From the IMG/VR virus record IMGVR_UViG_3300020725_000001, positions 1-53,011 of that record: a stretch of DNA of 53,011 nucleotides; one strand, given 5' to 3'. Positions 36,057-44,209 of this stretch are shown piece after piece. The translations under genes and the position numbers were made by a program. Under the pieces are notes generated by a model. The model ran no database searches, was not told the DNA's origin, and saw only the letters and a program-made list of their open reading frames with translations. How positions within the stretch are numbered: the first letter of the stretch is position 1; each line of letters starts with the position of its first letter. Source of the stretch: a virus (Duplodnaviria > Caudoviricetes).

Positions 36057-36685
36057 TGAGGCTTAGTCCTAGCGCATTTAATTCACATTTAAATGTAATG
36101 GGGCAGTCATTTGGCTGGCGCAAGGCTTTTGCTTGTCCTTGCATTAATCCACACTCTGGAGCAGCTAAGCCTAATTGTCCTTATTGTGGGGGTAAGGGCA
36201 GGCTTTGGTCTGATTCTGTCGATGGTAAGGCGGGTATTATTGGTAGAGATGCTTTAAAAGATTTTGCCTCATTTGGCGTTTGGGATCAGGGCGATATTAT
36301 GCTATCGATTCCTTCTGATTCGCCACTTTATCAAATTGGTCAATATGATAGAGCTATGCCAACTAATCGTAGTGAGCCTTTTTCTATCAATATGACCAGA
36401 GGTCAAAATGATATTATGAGAACACCAGTGCTGTCGATAGATAGGGCATTTTGGCTAGATAGCAATAATATTATTCAAGAGGCAGGAACTCCTGCTGTTG
36501 GGAAGGACGGTGTATTGACATGGAATACCAATGCGCCGCCTGTGGGAGCAACTTATTCTTTAACCGGTCGTCGCCGTCAAGAATATTTTGTTTATGCAGA
36601 GATGCCGTTTGATAGACCTATTCATTACGGCTTAACCTTACCCCGTCGTGTCGTTATTAGACGATTTGATCTCTATGGAAAATAA
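36056..36685 (+). CDS. Head closure/neck protein
   Basis: WRKAFACPC...CPYCGGKG motif; coupled to adaptor. Confidence 0.65.
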   Translation: MRLSPSAFNSHLNVMGQSFGWRKAFACPCINPHSGAAKPNCPYCGGKGRLWSDSVDGKAGIIGRDALKDFASFGVWDQGDIMLSIPSDSPLYQIGQYDRAMPTNRSEPFSINMTRGQNDIMRTPVLSIDRAFWLDSNNIIQEAGTPAVGKDGVLTWNTNAPPVGATYSLTGRRRQEYFVYAEMPFDRPIHYGLTLPRRVVIRRFDLYGK

Positions 36686-36687
36686 AT

Positions 36688-37185
36688 ATGTCCCACGAAA
36701 TGAAGCACTCTATCACTGAATTTATTGTGATACCTGATCATGAAAAAAGAACTGAATCGGCATTGTTTGCAAAGAATAAAAGAACGCTAGTTAAGCAGCT
36801 TGATCTGCCTTGCTGGGTATGCGGTAGTCGTGATTCTCGTGAGGTTCACCATTTGCATGAGTGGGCTTTATGGGGCGCACTTGATCCTGAAAAAGTATTA
36901 GACACCTTGCATATTTTTGATCCTTATGGATACACGCACAATATGGGTGAAAAAGACATTGAGTCTCCTGATGATATTCGCAATCTGCTTGTGTTATGCG
37001 GGCATTGTGAGATTGATGGTATTCCTGTTGCGGGCGGTCATCATCGAGGTGTTGATGCTGGTATTCATGATTTAACATTTCCGACATGGATAGCTCAACG
37101 AGCCACTAAAGATGGAATCTCTATCACTAAGGCTATTTTGCATGTTAAAAATCTTGATTCTAAACTAGCTAATAAGCATGACTAA
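36688..37185 (+). CDS. HNH-like protein
   Basis: CWVCG...EVHH...NLLVLCGHC...HH...GIH. Confidence 0.6.
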   Translation: MSHEMKHSITEFIVIPDHEKRTESALFAKNKRTLVKQLDLPCWVCGSRDSREVHHLHEWALWGALDPEKVLDTLHIFDPYGYTHNMGEKDIESPDDIRNLLVLCGHCEIDGIPVAGGHHRGVDAGIHDLTFPTWIAQRATKDGISITKAILHVKNLDSKLANKHD

Positions 37186-37972
37186 ATACAATGTTTCTAT
37201 AGATCTGTCTGAACTATATGAGGCTAACGGCGCTATTGCAAAGGCTATTTTCGGCAATGTGGCAACTTCAGTTAAGTCGGTAGCTCATGAGGGTGCTTAT
37301 AAATGGAAAGATTCGGTCAATAAGGCTAAGCTTTGGTCGGGTGAGAAAAAGCCTTATATCAAGTCAATCAATGTAGTTAGTACCGGTGATTTTTCAGCTG
37401 AAATTAGCTCTGAATATGAGTATGCTGCTGAAATAGAAAACGGTAGGCCGCTCAAAGATTTAAAGCGAATGCTTCAGACTTCGCAAAAAACTCGCGTATC
37501 TAAAAAAGGCAATAAATACCTTATTATTCCATTTAGACATAATGTTCCTGGTAGTGATGCTCACGCTATGGATATGCCATCTTCAGTTTATGCGTCAGCC
37601 GAAAGTTTAGCGCCTTCTTATGTTTTGCCAACCATGTCAAAAAACTCGGGGCTTAGATTGTCAGCAAGCGGACATCATGTAAAAAAATATTCGTATGAAT
37701 GGGGTGGAAGATTGCCAGAAGGCTTAATGCCCAAGCTTAAAGATCATCATAAAACGGATATTTACGCGAGCATGGTTAAGTTTGATACTTCTACTCCTCA
37801 TGCTAAATCATCTTCTTATATGACTTTTAGAGTCATGTCTGAAAAATCCTCTGGCTGGATTATTCCTGCTAAGCCAGGTCTTTATTTAGCTCAAAATGTC
37901 TCTAATCAATTGCAGCCTTTGCTTGAGACAGCAATAGGTGGGGCCGTTACACTGAAGTCATTAAAGCTTTAA
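37178..37972 (+). CDS. Neck/tail-completion protein
   Basis: IENGR..KDLK, YLIIPFRH, YMTFRVMSEKS..WIIP motifs; position. Confidence 0.65.
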   Translation: MTKYNVSIDLSELYEANGAIAKAIFGNVATSVKSVAHEGAYKWKDSVNKAKLWSGEKKPYIKSINVVSTGDFSAEISSEYEYAAEIENGRPLKDLKRMLQTSQKTRVSKKGNKYLIIPFRHNVPGSDAHAMDMPSSVYASAESLAPSYVLPTMSKNSGLRLSASGHHVKKYSYEWGGRLPEGLMPKLKDHHKTDIYASMVKFDTSTPHAKSSSYMTFRVMSEKSSGWIIPAKPGLYLAQNVSNQLQPLLETAIGGAVTLKSLKL

Positions 37973-37996
37973 TGGTCTAATGGAGTTTTTTGTGCC

Positions 37997-39001
37997 TTAC
38001 AAATTAGATTTTGCCCTAGATACCATATTTCGAATTGACTCACTCATATTTACAGGAACTAACTTAGTGTCTGCATGGGAGTTCTGAAAGACTCTAAACA
38101 CTTCGTCTGAAAAAGCTTGGCCTATTTCTTCTACACCTGAAAAATCAAGTATCACTGTTTTAAATTTCTCAAATCTAAAAATTAACCGCTTGGCTTGTGA
38201 TCTTGATACCAGCTTTTCACCCTCATATTGAGCAAGCCTAACGGGTACAATAGTTTTAGCGAACGTGTATTCTTCATCCGTTGTAAACTTATCAAAGACC
38301 TCTTTGTTTGTGCGCGCAGAGTCATTAAATAACCTCATCACTACCATAGTACCCTCCGCATTATCATCACGCTCAATCAGCAGGTCATTGAGCCCATCAT
38401 CGTGCATAAAGTGCAGACTTCCTGATCTAATATCAAATAAATCAAATACCTTACTAGAAAAGAAAATGCCCTCACCGGAATGATTAGAGGGATCAGTCGT
38501 TAATTTCCCTTTGGCCAATTCAAGTATAGATTCTCTTGGATCAAATAAATTGAGTGAGCGCTGTATCTTTAAAAAAATACCGACACCATCATCTGCAATC
38601 CATGCCTGGGTAAATAGTGGATTTTTAACAACCCACACATAAACAGATTTAGCCTCTGAGTGATCGATGGCATTGTTAACCATTTCTGTGAATCCGTAAT
38701 GCCATATATCACGCACATTTACAGGGAAATCAGCAATGATAGGCGCTAAAACCTCCCGCCAGACATGATCTTCAGACAAGCCAGATCGAGTAAACTCTTT
38801 ATGAACGCGGGTTAGTTCTGCGAGACTATAGCAAAGCCCCCGCCCTTTACCATTACTCACTACAAAACCATTTTTAATAGCACTTCTTATTCTTGAGCTA
38901 GCTGCTTGTCTTGATATCCCCGCTTGTTCAGATAGCCTAGCGGCTACATTTTTCCCGCTTATCGATATTAATAAGAGCGTTTCCTTAGTTATTAAATTCA
39001 T
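37997..39001 (-). CDS. wHTH-HATPase-STAS-like (DUF4325) protein (moron)
   Basis: GISRQAAS HTH; TEMVNNAIDHS, DDGVGIF, HSGEGIFF GHKL boxes; LVSRSQAKR...LDFSGVEEIGQAFSDEVFRVF. Confidence 0.85.
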   Translation of the reverse strand: MNLITKETLLLISISGKNVAARLSEQAGISRQAASSRIRSAIKNGFVVSNGKGRGLCYSLAELTRVHKEFTRSGLSEDHVWREVLAPIIADFPVNVRDIWHYGFTEMVNNAIDHSEAKSVYVWVVKNPLFTQAWIADDGVGIFLKIQRSLNLFDPRESILELAKGKLTTDPSNHSGEGIFFSSKVFDLFDIRSGSLHFMHDDGLNDLLIERDDNAEGTMVVMRLFNDSARTNKEVFDKFTTDEEYTFAKTIVPVRLAQYEGEKLVSRSQAKRLIFRFEKFKTVILDFSGVEEIGQAFSDEVFRVFQNSHADTKLVPVNMSESIRNMVSRAKSNL

Positions 39002-39094
39002 TTTAAACCCCTATACGTAAAGTATTTTGAAATTTATTGTAAACCTTTTGTTAGTCAACCGTAAACCATTAGTTATTTTTTTGCGGCCTGTATA

Positions 39095-39111
39095 GGTCGT
39101 GACAACAAACT
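39095..39111 (+). promoter_or_regulatory. Putative late promoter GGTCGTGAC-AA-CAAACT
   Basis: Recurrent motif; ATG at 39118 (leaderless-compatible). Confidence 0.75.
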
Positions 39112-39117
39112 ATCGTC

Positions 39118-39948
39118 ATGATAGCAATGATTCAACTCATTCCAGCTGGAAACGGCTTAAAAATAATCCTACACCCGCCTGCCAAGACGGTCAGGATTCG
39201 TTTGCTTCGCAGAGACGATAGCGCCTTTACAGGGGAATCTGATCCAGCAGCGTTATTAATTAATGATGGCAAAGAAACCTATATTGTTGATACAGCTGCG
39301 CTATACAACGGCCACGTCGTTTATTACTGCGCTTATTACTTTGACGGCACCAATTGGACAGCTTCTGCGGTAGTTTCTGCTACACCTAATGCTAATTTTG
39401 CTGATATGTCATCTGATGCAATGACTGTTGTGCGCGATCGGATTGAGCTTGGCTTGCAGGTTTATGTAGATAGAGGGCTTATTACGCCATCTAGCGGAAG
39501 AATACCCGTTATGACTGCTTCGCCTTTGGTTGAAACAACACCTATGCCATTAATTACTATCCATCTAGCCAGCGATTCATCTGAAGATCGTTTTATAGGC
39601 GATATGGTGGCTAATGATATTTTCGACTCAACAGAATGGAAATGGCATTCGCAAGACGCCTATTTTTCAAGAGTGCAATTGACCATTATTGCTTGGTGTT
39701 TAAATGCTGACGAAAGAATCATTTTAAGAAACGCTTTAAAGACAGTGATGATTTCTAATTTTGCTGTTTTTGATGCAGCTGGGCTAATGCAAGTGGATAT
39801 ACAGTTTTCTGATCAGGAGGATTTTGTATCTTATGCAGCGCCCATTTATCAAGCTGTGTGTAATTTTACATGCTATGCAGCTTCTGTGGTGGACAGCGTT
39901 GATCCAGCTATCCGCGACCTTACTTCTAATCTAACCCCAATTATATGA
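39118..39948 (+). CDS. Putative tail terminator/completion protein
   Basis: Position before sheath; PLITIHLASD, IIAWCLNADER. Confidence 0.55.
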   Translation: MIAMIQLIPAGNGLKIILHPPAKTVRIRLLRRDDSAFTGESDPAALLINDGKETYIVDTAALYNGHVVYYCAYYFDGTNWTASAVVSATPNANFADMSSDAMTVVRDRIELGLQVYVDRGLITPSSGRIPVMTASPLVETTPMPLITIHLASDSSEDRFIGDMVANDIFDSTEWKWHSQDAYFSRVQLTIIAWCLNADERIILRNALKTVMISNFAVFDAAGLMQVDIQFSDQEDFVSYAAPIYQAVCNFTCYAASVVDSVDPAIRDLTSNLTPII

Positions 39949-39957
39949 GACTAAACC

Positions 39958-40206
39958 ATGGTTAATGCTGACAAACAGGGCGCTGTTATAGCGCCAGCTA
40001 TTCAAAGTGTTGTTTTAAATGCAACCTCTGTAAATGATGAGTTCCCCTTGTCACTAGACGAATTTTGCTCACGTTTATCATCATCTGATAAGCGCGTCGA
40101 AATGATTGGCGCTTTTCATCACACTGAAAAAGCAGCCGGTCGTAATAAAGATATTGAGTCAGCTTATATAGCTCGTTACTCAGATTTCATCAATCAGCCT
40201 GCATAA
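39958..40206 (+). CDS. Hypothetical protein
   Basis: Small ORF preceding sheath. Confidence 0.55.
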   Translation: MVNADKQGAVIAPAIQSVVLNATSVNDEFPLSLDEFCSRLSSSDKRVEMIGAFHHTEKAAGRNKDIESAYIARYSDFINQPA

Positions 40207-40219
40207 GAAGGGGCATAAA

Positions 40220-41929
40220 ATGAGTGTATTTTTTAATGGAAGATTATGGGTTTCGCCCGTAACTGCATCGGTTGTTGATGACTCTGCAATGAATAACACC
40301 AATGTTGGCGTAAGCAATGTCTTAGCTATCATTGGTAAATCTGAAGGTGGACAGCCTTTTACAGCGCTAAGCTTTGGTTCTGCAACAGAAGCAAGAGCAA
40401 CATTGATTTCAGGAGAGTCACTAAAAGCTATTGAGAATGCTTTTGATCCTTCTGCACAAACAACTGGACCATCAACCATCATTTTTGTACGCGTTAATCC
40501 TGCATTGCAATCCAGTTTAAATTTGTTAGATGCAAATGGTAATGTGGCAATTAATCTTGTGTCGCAAGACTGGGGTCTGCATACTAATGGCATAAAAGTT
40601 AAGATTGAATCTGCATCTTTGGTCGGCAGCAAGGTAACTAGCCAATTTGGCAATAATTATTATTCTGCTGACAATATCCATAAGAATGCTTTAAGTGTTC
40701 ATTATACTGGAGCTGCTGCTACAGCGACTATTGCTATTAATGCAGATACAGTTACTTTGGTTTATGACTCAACAACAACAGCCATTGACTTAAATACCTA
40801 TAAAACAGTTGGAAGTCTAGTTGATAGAATCAATGCAGAGGCTGGTTTTTCTGCTGCTGTATTGGATGGTAATATTGAGACGCCTGCTTTAAATGGACTT
40901 GATTTTGTAGCTGCTCAAGATGTTAAATCTACTTCATTCACTGTGACTGGAAACTTGCAAGCTATAGTTGATTGGATGAATAGCATGGGCGAAGGTTATG
41001 TAACTGCAACTCGTGCAATTAATGCTGGCTTAGTTCCTGTCAATATTCCATTCAGTTATTTAACTGGCGGCACTGATGGCATGGTAACCATGAATGAATG
41101 GCAACAAGCTTATGATGCTCTTCAATCTGTAGATGCTCAATGGGTAGTGCCTATCTCTTCAAATCCTGCACTTCATGCTATGAATGATACGCATTGTTCT
41201 TATATGTCAAACATTGCACGCATGGAAAGACGCGGCATTGTTGGTGGTGATATAGGTACAACAGATCTGCAAGCCATTGCTGCCGCAAAAATGCTGAACA
41301 GCGATAGAACTTCTTATACGCATCTAGGTTTTTATGATTATGATGTGAATGGTAATCTAACACTATACCCTCCTTATATTATGGCTGGATTGTTAGCCGG
41401 CATGTTCTCAGGTGTTAACCCTGGCACTGCTTTGACAAACAAAGAAGTAAAAATAAGAGGCATCGAGCGTAGTCTGCGCAATCCTACTGATACTGATATT
41501 TTAATTAATGGCGGTGTATTGTGTGTTGAAAACACCAAGAAAGGCTATAAGGTTGTTAAATCGATCACTACTTGGCTGATTAACAACAATTATAACCGTG
41601 TTGAGGTTTCAGTCGGTGTGGCTTGCGACTTTACATCGAGAGCAGTAAGAGATGCGGTTGATGATTTGCGCGGTGCTAAAGGTTCGCCATCATTATTGGC
41701 TGATGCTGTATCGAGAGCTGAAACAGCTCTTAGACAGCTATCTGTTCCTGAGCCTATGGGTCCTGGCGTTCTTGTTGGTGACAAATTAAACCCTCCATAC
41801 AAAAATATTACAGCGACTTTATCGGGCGATGTGTTACGTATCGAGTATCAAGCAAGCCCAGTTATTCCAGCTAACTACATCTTGTTAGTGATGCACGCCG
41901 TACCTTACTCTGGATCTGCTAGTTTGTAA
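40220..41929 (+). CDS. Tail sheath protein
   Basis: LAIIGKSEGG, YLTGGTDG, ALTNK, LINGGVLCVE, VVKSITTW; 569 aa. Confidence 0.9.
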   Translation: MSVFFNGRLWVSPVTASVVDDSAMNNTNVGVSNVLAIIGKSEGGQPFTALSFGSATEARATLISGESLKAIENAFDPSAQTTGPSTIIFVRVNPALQSSLNLLDANGNVAINLVSQDWGLHTNGIKVKIESASLVGSKVTSQFGNNYYSADNIHKNALSVHYTGAAATATIAINADTVTLVYDSTTTAIDLNTYKTVGSLVDRINAEAGFSAAVLDGNIETPALNGLDFVAAQDVKSTSFTVTGNLQAIVDWMNSMGEGYVTATRAINAGLVPVNIPFSYLTGGTDGMVTMNEWQQAYDALQSVDAQWVVPISSNPALHAMNDTHCSYMSNIARMERRGIVGGDIGTTDLQAIAAAKMLNSDRTSYTHLGFYDYDVNGNLTLYPPYIMAGLLAGMFSGVNPGTALTNKEVKIRGIERSLRNPTDTDILINGGVLCVENTKKGYKVVKSITTWLINNNYNRVEVSVGVACDFTSRAVRDAVDDLRGAKGSPSLLADAVSRAETALRQLSVPEPMGPGVLVGDKLNPPYKNITATLSGDVLRIEYQASPVIPANYILLVMHAVPYSGSASL

Positions 41930-41942
41930 TTGATTGGCATCT

Positions 41943-41970
41943 AAAAAAGCCCTCCTAGTGAGGGCTTTTT
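41943..41970. terminator. Bidirectional intrinsic terminator
   Basis: AAAAAAGCCCTC-loop-GAGGGCTTTTT. Confidence 0.85.
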
Positions 41971-42004
41971 ATTATTATTTTAATGCTTTAATTTTAGTTT
42001 AAGA

Positions 42005-42021
42005 AGTCGTGACAGCAACAT
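42005..42021 (+). promoter_or_regulatory. Putative late promoter AGTCGTGAC-AG-CAACAT
   Basis: Recurrent motif after terminator. Confidence 0.7.
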
Positions 42022-42052
42022 AATCAGAATTTATTCTTTTTATGGTGCGACC

Positions 42053-44209
42053 ATGACTATCATCCTTTTGAGCAAAGCATTTGTTAAAGAACATCAACGT
42101 CACAAAAAAGATGGTTCCGTTTATACAGTTTTGGCGCATTACAATAAGCGTGTTAAGAAAAATACCGAACATGCACCAGAACACGGTCATGATCTTAGCC
42201 ACTTAAATGATGATGACAAGGCACGTTTTAATCAAATGCACGCTGAGCAACATTTAGCTAAGCATTATGATGAGCACGCGATTAAGCAGCAGTTACAAGA
42301 CAGTAGGGCTGAGCACGACAAGCTTATTCGAGATGCTGATGTACAAGACAAGTTGGGAGATCATAAGGCTGCAACTAGGCTACGCAACAAGGCGATTAAA
42401 GTTAATCAGCACATGATGCGCTTTCAGCGGCAATTATCCAAACTAGAAGAGACAATACAAGGTATTGGTAAAATGAAGGAGAAGTTAGTCGCAGGAAGCG
42501 GTGAATTAGTTCATGATGCGGCGGCTCATGCACATTATGTGAGTAAGCTAGGAGCTAAGTTTAAAGGCCGCATTATGTTCATTAAAAAGGTCACAAAACC
42601 TAAGCAGCCTTTTATACCGACTCATACGCTATCAGATGGCGTGCCTGCCAGGCATGTTGAAGGCAATATTTATATCGATAAAGACGGCGATGAGGTGCAA
42701 GATTATTATGCTGAGCCGGTTGATAAAATAGATGATTCAAAGGGTAGCGATAAGGTAGACCCTCATAGTTTTATCACTGCGCCTGATGGCTCAAAAGACT
42801 TTGGTGAAATTACATCAGAGCAAGCTGAAAAAATAGGAAATAAATCAGGGAAAATAAGGCTACAGCAAGGATTTCATAATGATGATGACGGTAGTGGATA
42901 TGGAAAGATTCATATTGACAGGGAATTGAGGAAAGATCAGCTTAAAGACAATGGTTATCAGTCGACAGAAGAATTAGTCGATGACGTTGCTAAAAACCAT
43001 AATGCTATCTATCAAGGCAAGGGAGGTTCATATATTTTAGCTAAGCTAAATGGTAAGGCTAAAATAGCTTATGTACTGGTTAAGGAAGGTAACGATGGTA
43101 TTTTTTACAGTATTGGAAGCGGTTTAGTTACAAGAGATGGTTATCTTAAAAACAAGCCGTTGCTTTGGGAAAGGGCGCAGACCAATCAACTCAAAGAGTC
43201 CCCTAGCGCGGTCACAGGCAAAAGCAACGGCCCGAATAAAACTATACCCCAATTACCAAAAAATGCAACAGAAAAAGACAGTCCCAAAGAAGGCGAGCGC
43301 AACGCCGAGGGCTTGGTGTTCCATGATGGGCGCTGGCATAGGGAAGGCGATAATGCGGATAAGAGCGCAAGATTCCATGCAGACATTAAAGCTCTGAAAG
43401 AAACAAATTTTAAATACAAAGCAGGTGATAAGGTAATTGACAAAGAATCTGGTAAAAAATATATGGTGTTAAGCTCATATATTCAAGATGGACAGGTTAG
43501 ATATACTGTTTATCCTCCAGGCAAAAAATCATCTGTTGGCCACCATATTTGGATTAAAGAGTCTGACTTGGTTAATAGTGGGAATGATGAAGCCAAAAAA
43601 CCAGCCAAGGTTGTTTCTATCAAAGAGGTTGCTCGTAAGCCTGAAGCTGAAAAATTAGCGGATGAAGACAATCCCAATAGCCCTAACTATCGATTCCGTG
43701 ATACTGGCTATATAGGCGGCAGTCGTAAAGAAGATGCGGCGTTAATGATTAGGTCTGCGGCTAAAGGCGGGGTTTTAGTCAGATCAACAGCCATTGACTG
43801 GGACGAGATAGAAAAAAATCCACGGGAAGCGCATCAGTTAATCACTAAATCAAATTTGTTCGGCAAAGTAGATTGGGATAGTTTAAAAGTAGAGGGTATG
43901 GAGCCTAGCGCCGGATTTTTAGTTGATAGAGTCTATGCTAGCGTCGCTAAAGAACCGGAAGATAATGCGCCTATGCGTAAGGATTATGCAGTGGGTATAG
44001 AAACTCTGCGTGATCGCATGGAGGCATGCAAAACACCTGATGAAGTCGTTAAGGTGCTTGCTGAGATTAGGGGCGAATATGAAGGCACTATGCTTTCTGC
44101 TACTGAGTCAGAGGAATATCAAAAGGCCAATGATGAAGTAAACAGGCTTCGTGGCATATTAAGAGCGGCTAATGATGAAAAAGATGTTTTTTTTTCAGAG
44201 ATGGTATAG
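42053..44209 (+). CDS. Polyvalent protein, N-terminal part (putative BECR RNase, KOW-like domain); frameshifted at T9
   Basis: LLSKAFVKEH..HKKDG; IRLQQG...GYGKIHID; YKAGDKVID; ends just after T9 at 44187-44195. Confidence 0.75.
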   Translation: MTIILLSKAFVKEHQRHKKDGSVYTVLAHYNKRVKKNTEHAPEHGHDLSHLNDDDKARFNQMHAEQHLAKHYDEHAIKQQLQDSRAEHDKLIRDADVQDKLGDHKAATRLRNKAIKVNQHMMRFQRQLSKLEETIQGIGKMKEKLVAGSGELVHDAAAHAHYVSKLGAKFKGRIMFIKKVTKPKQPFIPTHTLSDGVPARHVEGNIYIDKDGDEVQDYYAEPVDKIDDSKGSDKVDPHSFITAPDGSKDFGEITSEQAEKIGNKSGKIRLQQGFHNDDDGSGYGKIHIDRELRKDQLKDNGYQSTEELVDDVAKNHNAIYQGKGGSYILAKLNGKAKIAYVLVKEGNDGIFYSIGSGLVTRDGYLKNKPLLWERAQTNQLKESPSAVTGKSNGPNKTIPQLPKNATEKDSPKEGERNAEGLVFHDGRWHREGDNADKSARFHADIKALKETNFKYKAGDKVIDKESGKKYMVLSSYIQDGQVRYTVYPPGKKSSVGHHIWIKESDLVNSGNDEAKKPAKVVSIKEVARKPEAEKLADEDNPNSPNYRFRDTGYIGGSRKEDAALMIRSAAKGGVLVRSTAIDWDEIEKNPREAHQLITKSNLFGKVDWDSLKVEGMEPSAGFLVDRVYASVAKEPEDNAPMRKDYAVGIETLRDRMEACKTPDEVVKVLAEIRGEYEGTMLSATESEEYQKANDEVNRLRGILRAANDEKDVFFSEMV
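43148..43268 (-). ncRNA. Putative antisense RNA unit 3 inside the LPD1 polyprotein gene
   Basis: Minus-strand TTGCAT (43268-43263), 16 nt, TATAGT (43246-43241); perfect 11-bp inverted repeat GCCGTTGCTTT (43156-43166)/AAAGCAACGGC (43221-43231), then TTGTTTTT. Confidence 0.55.
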
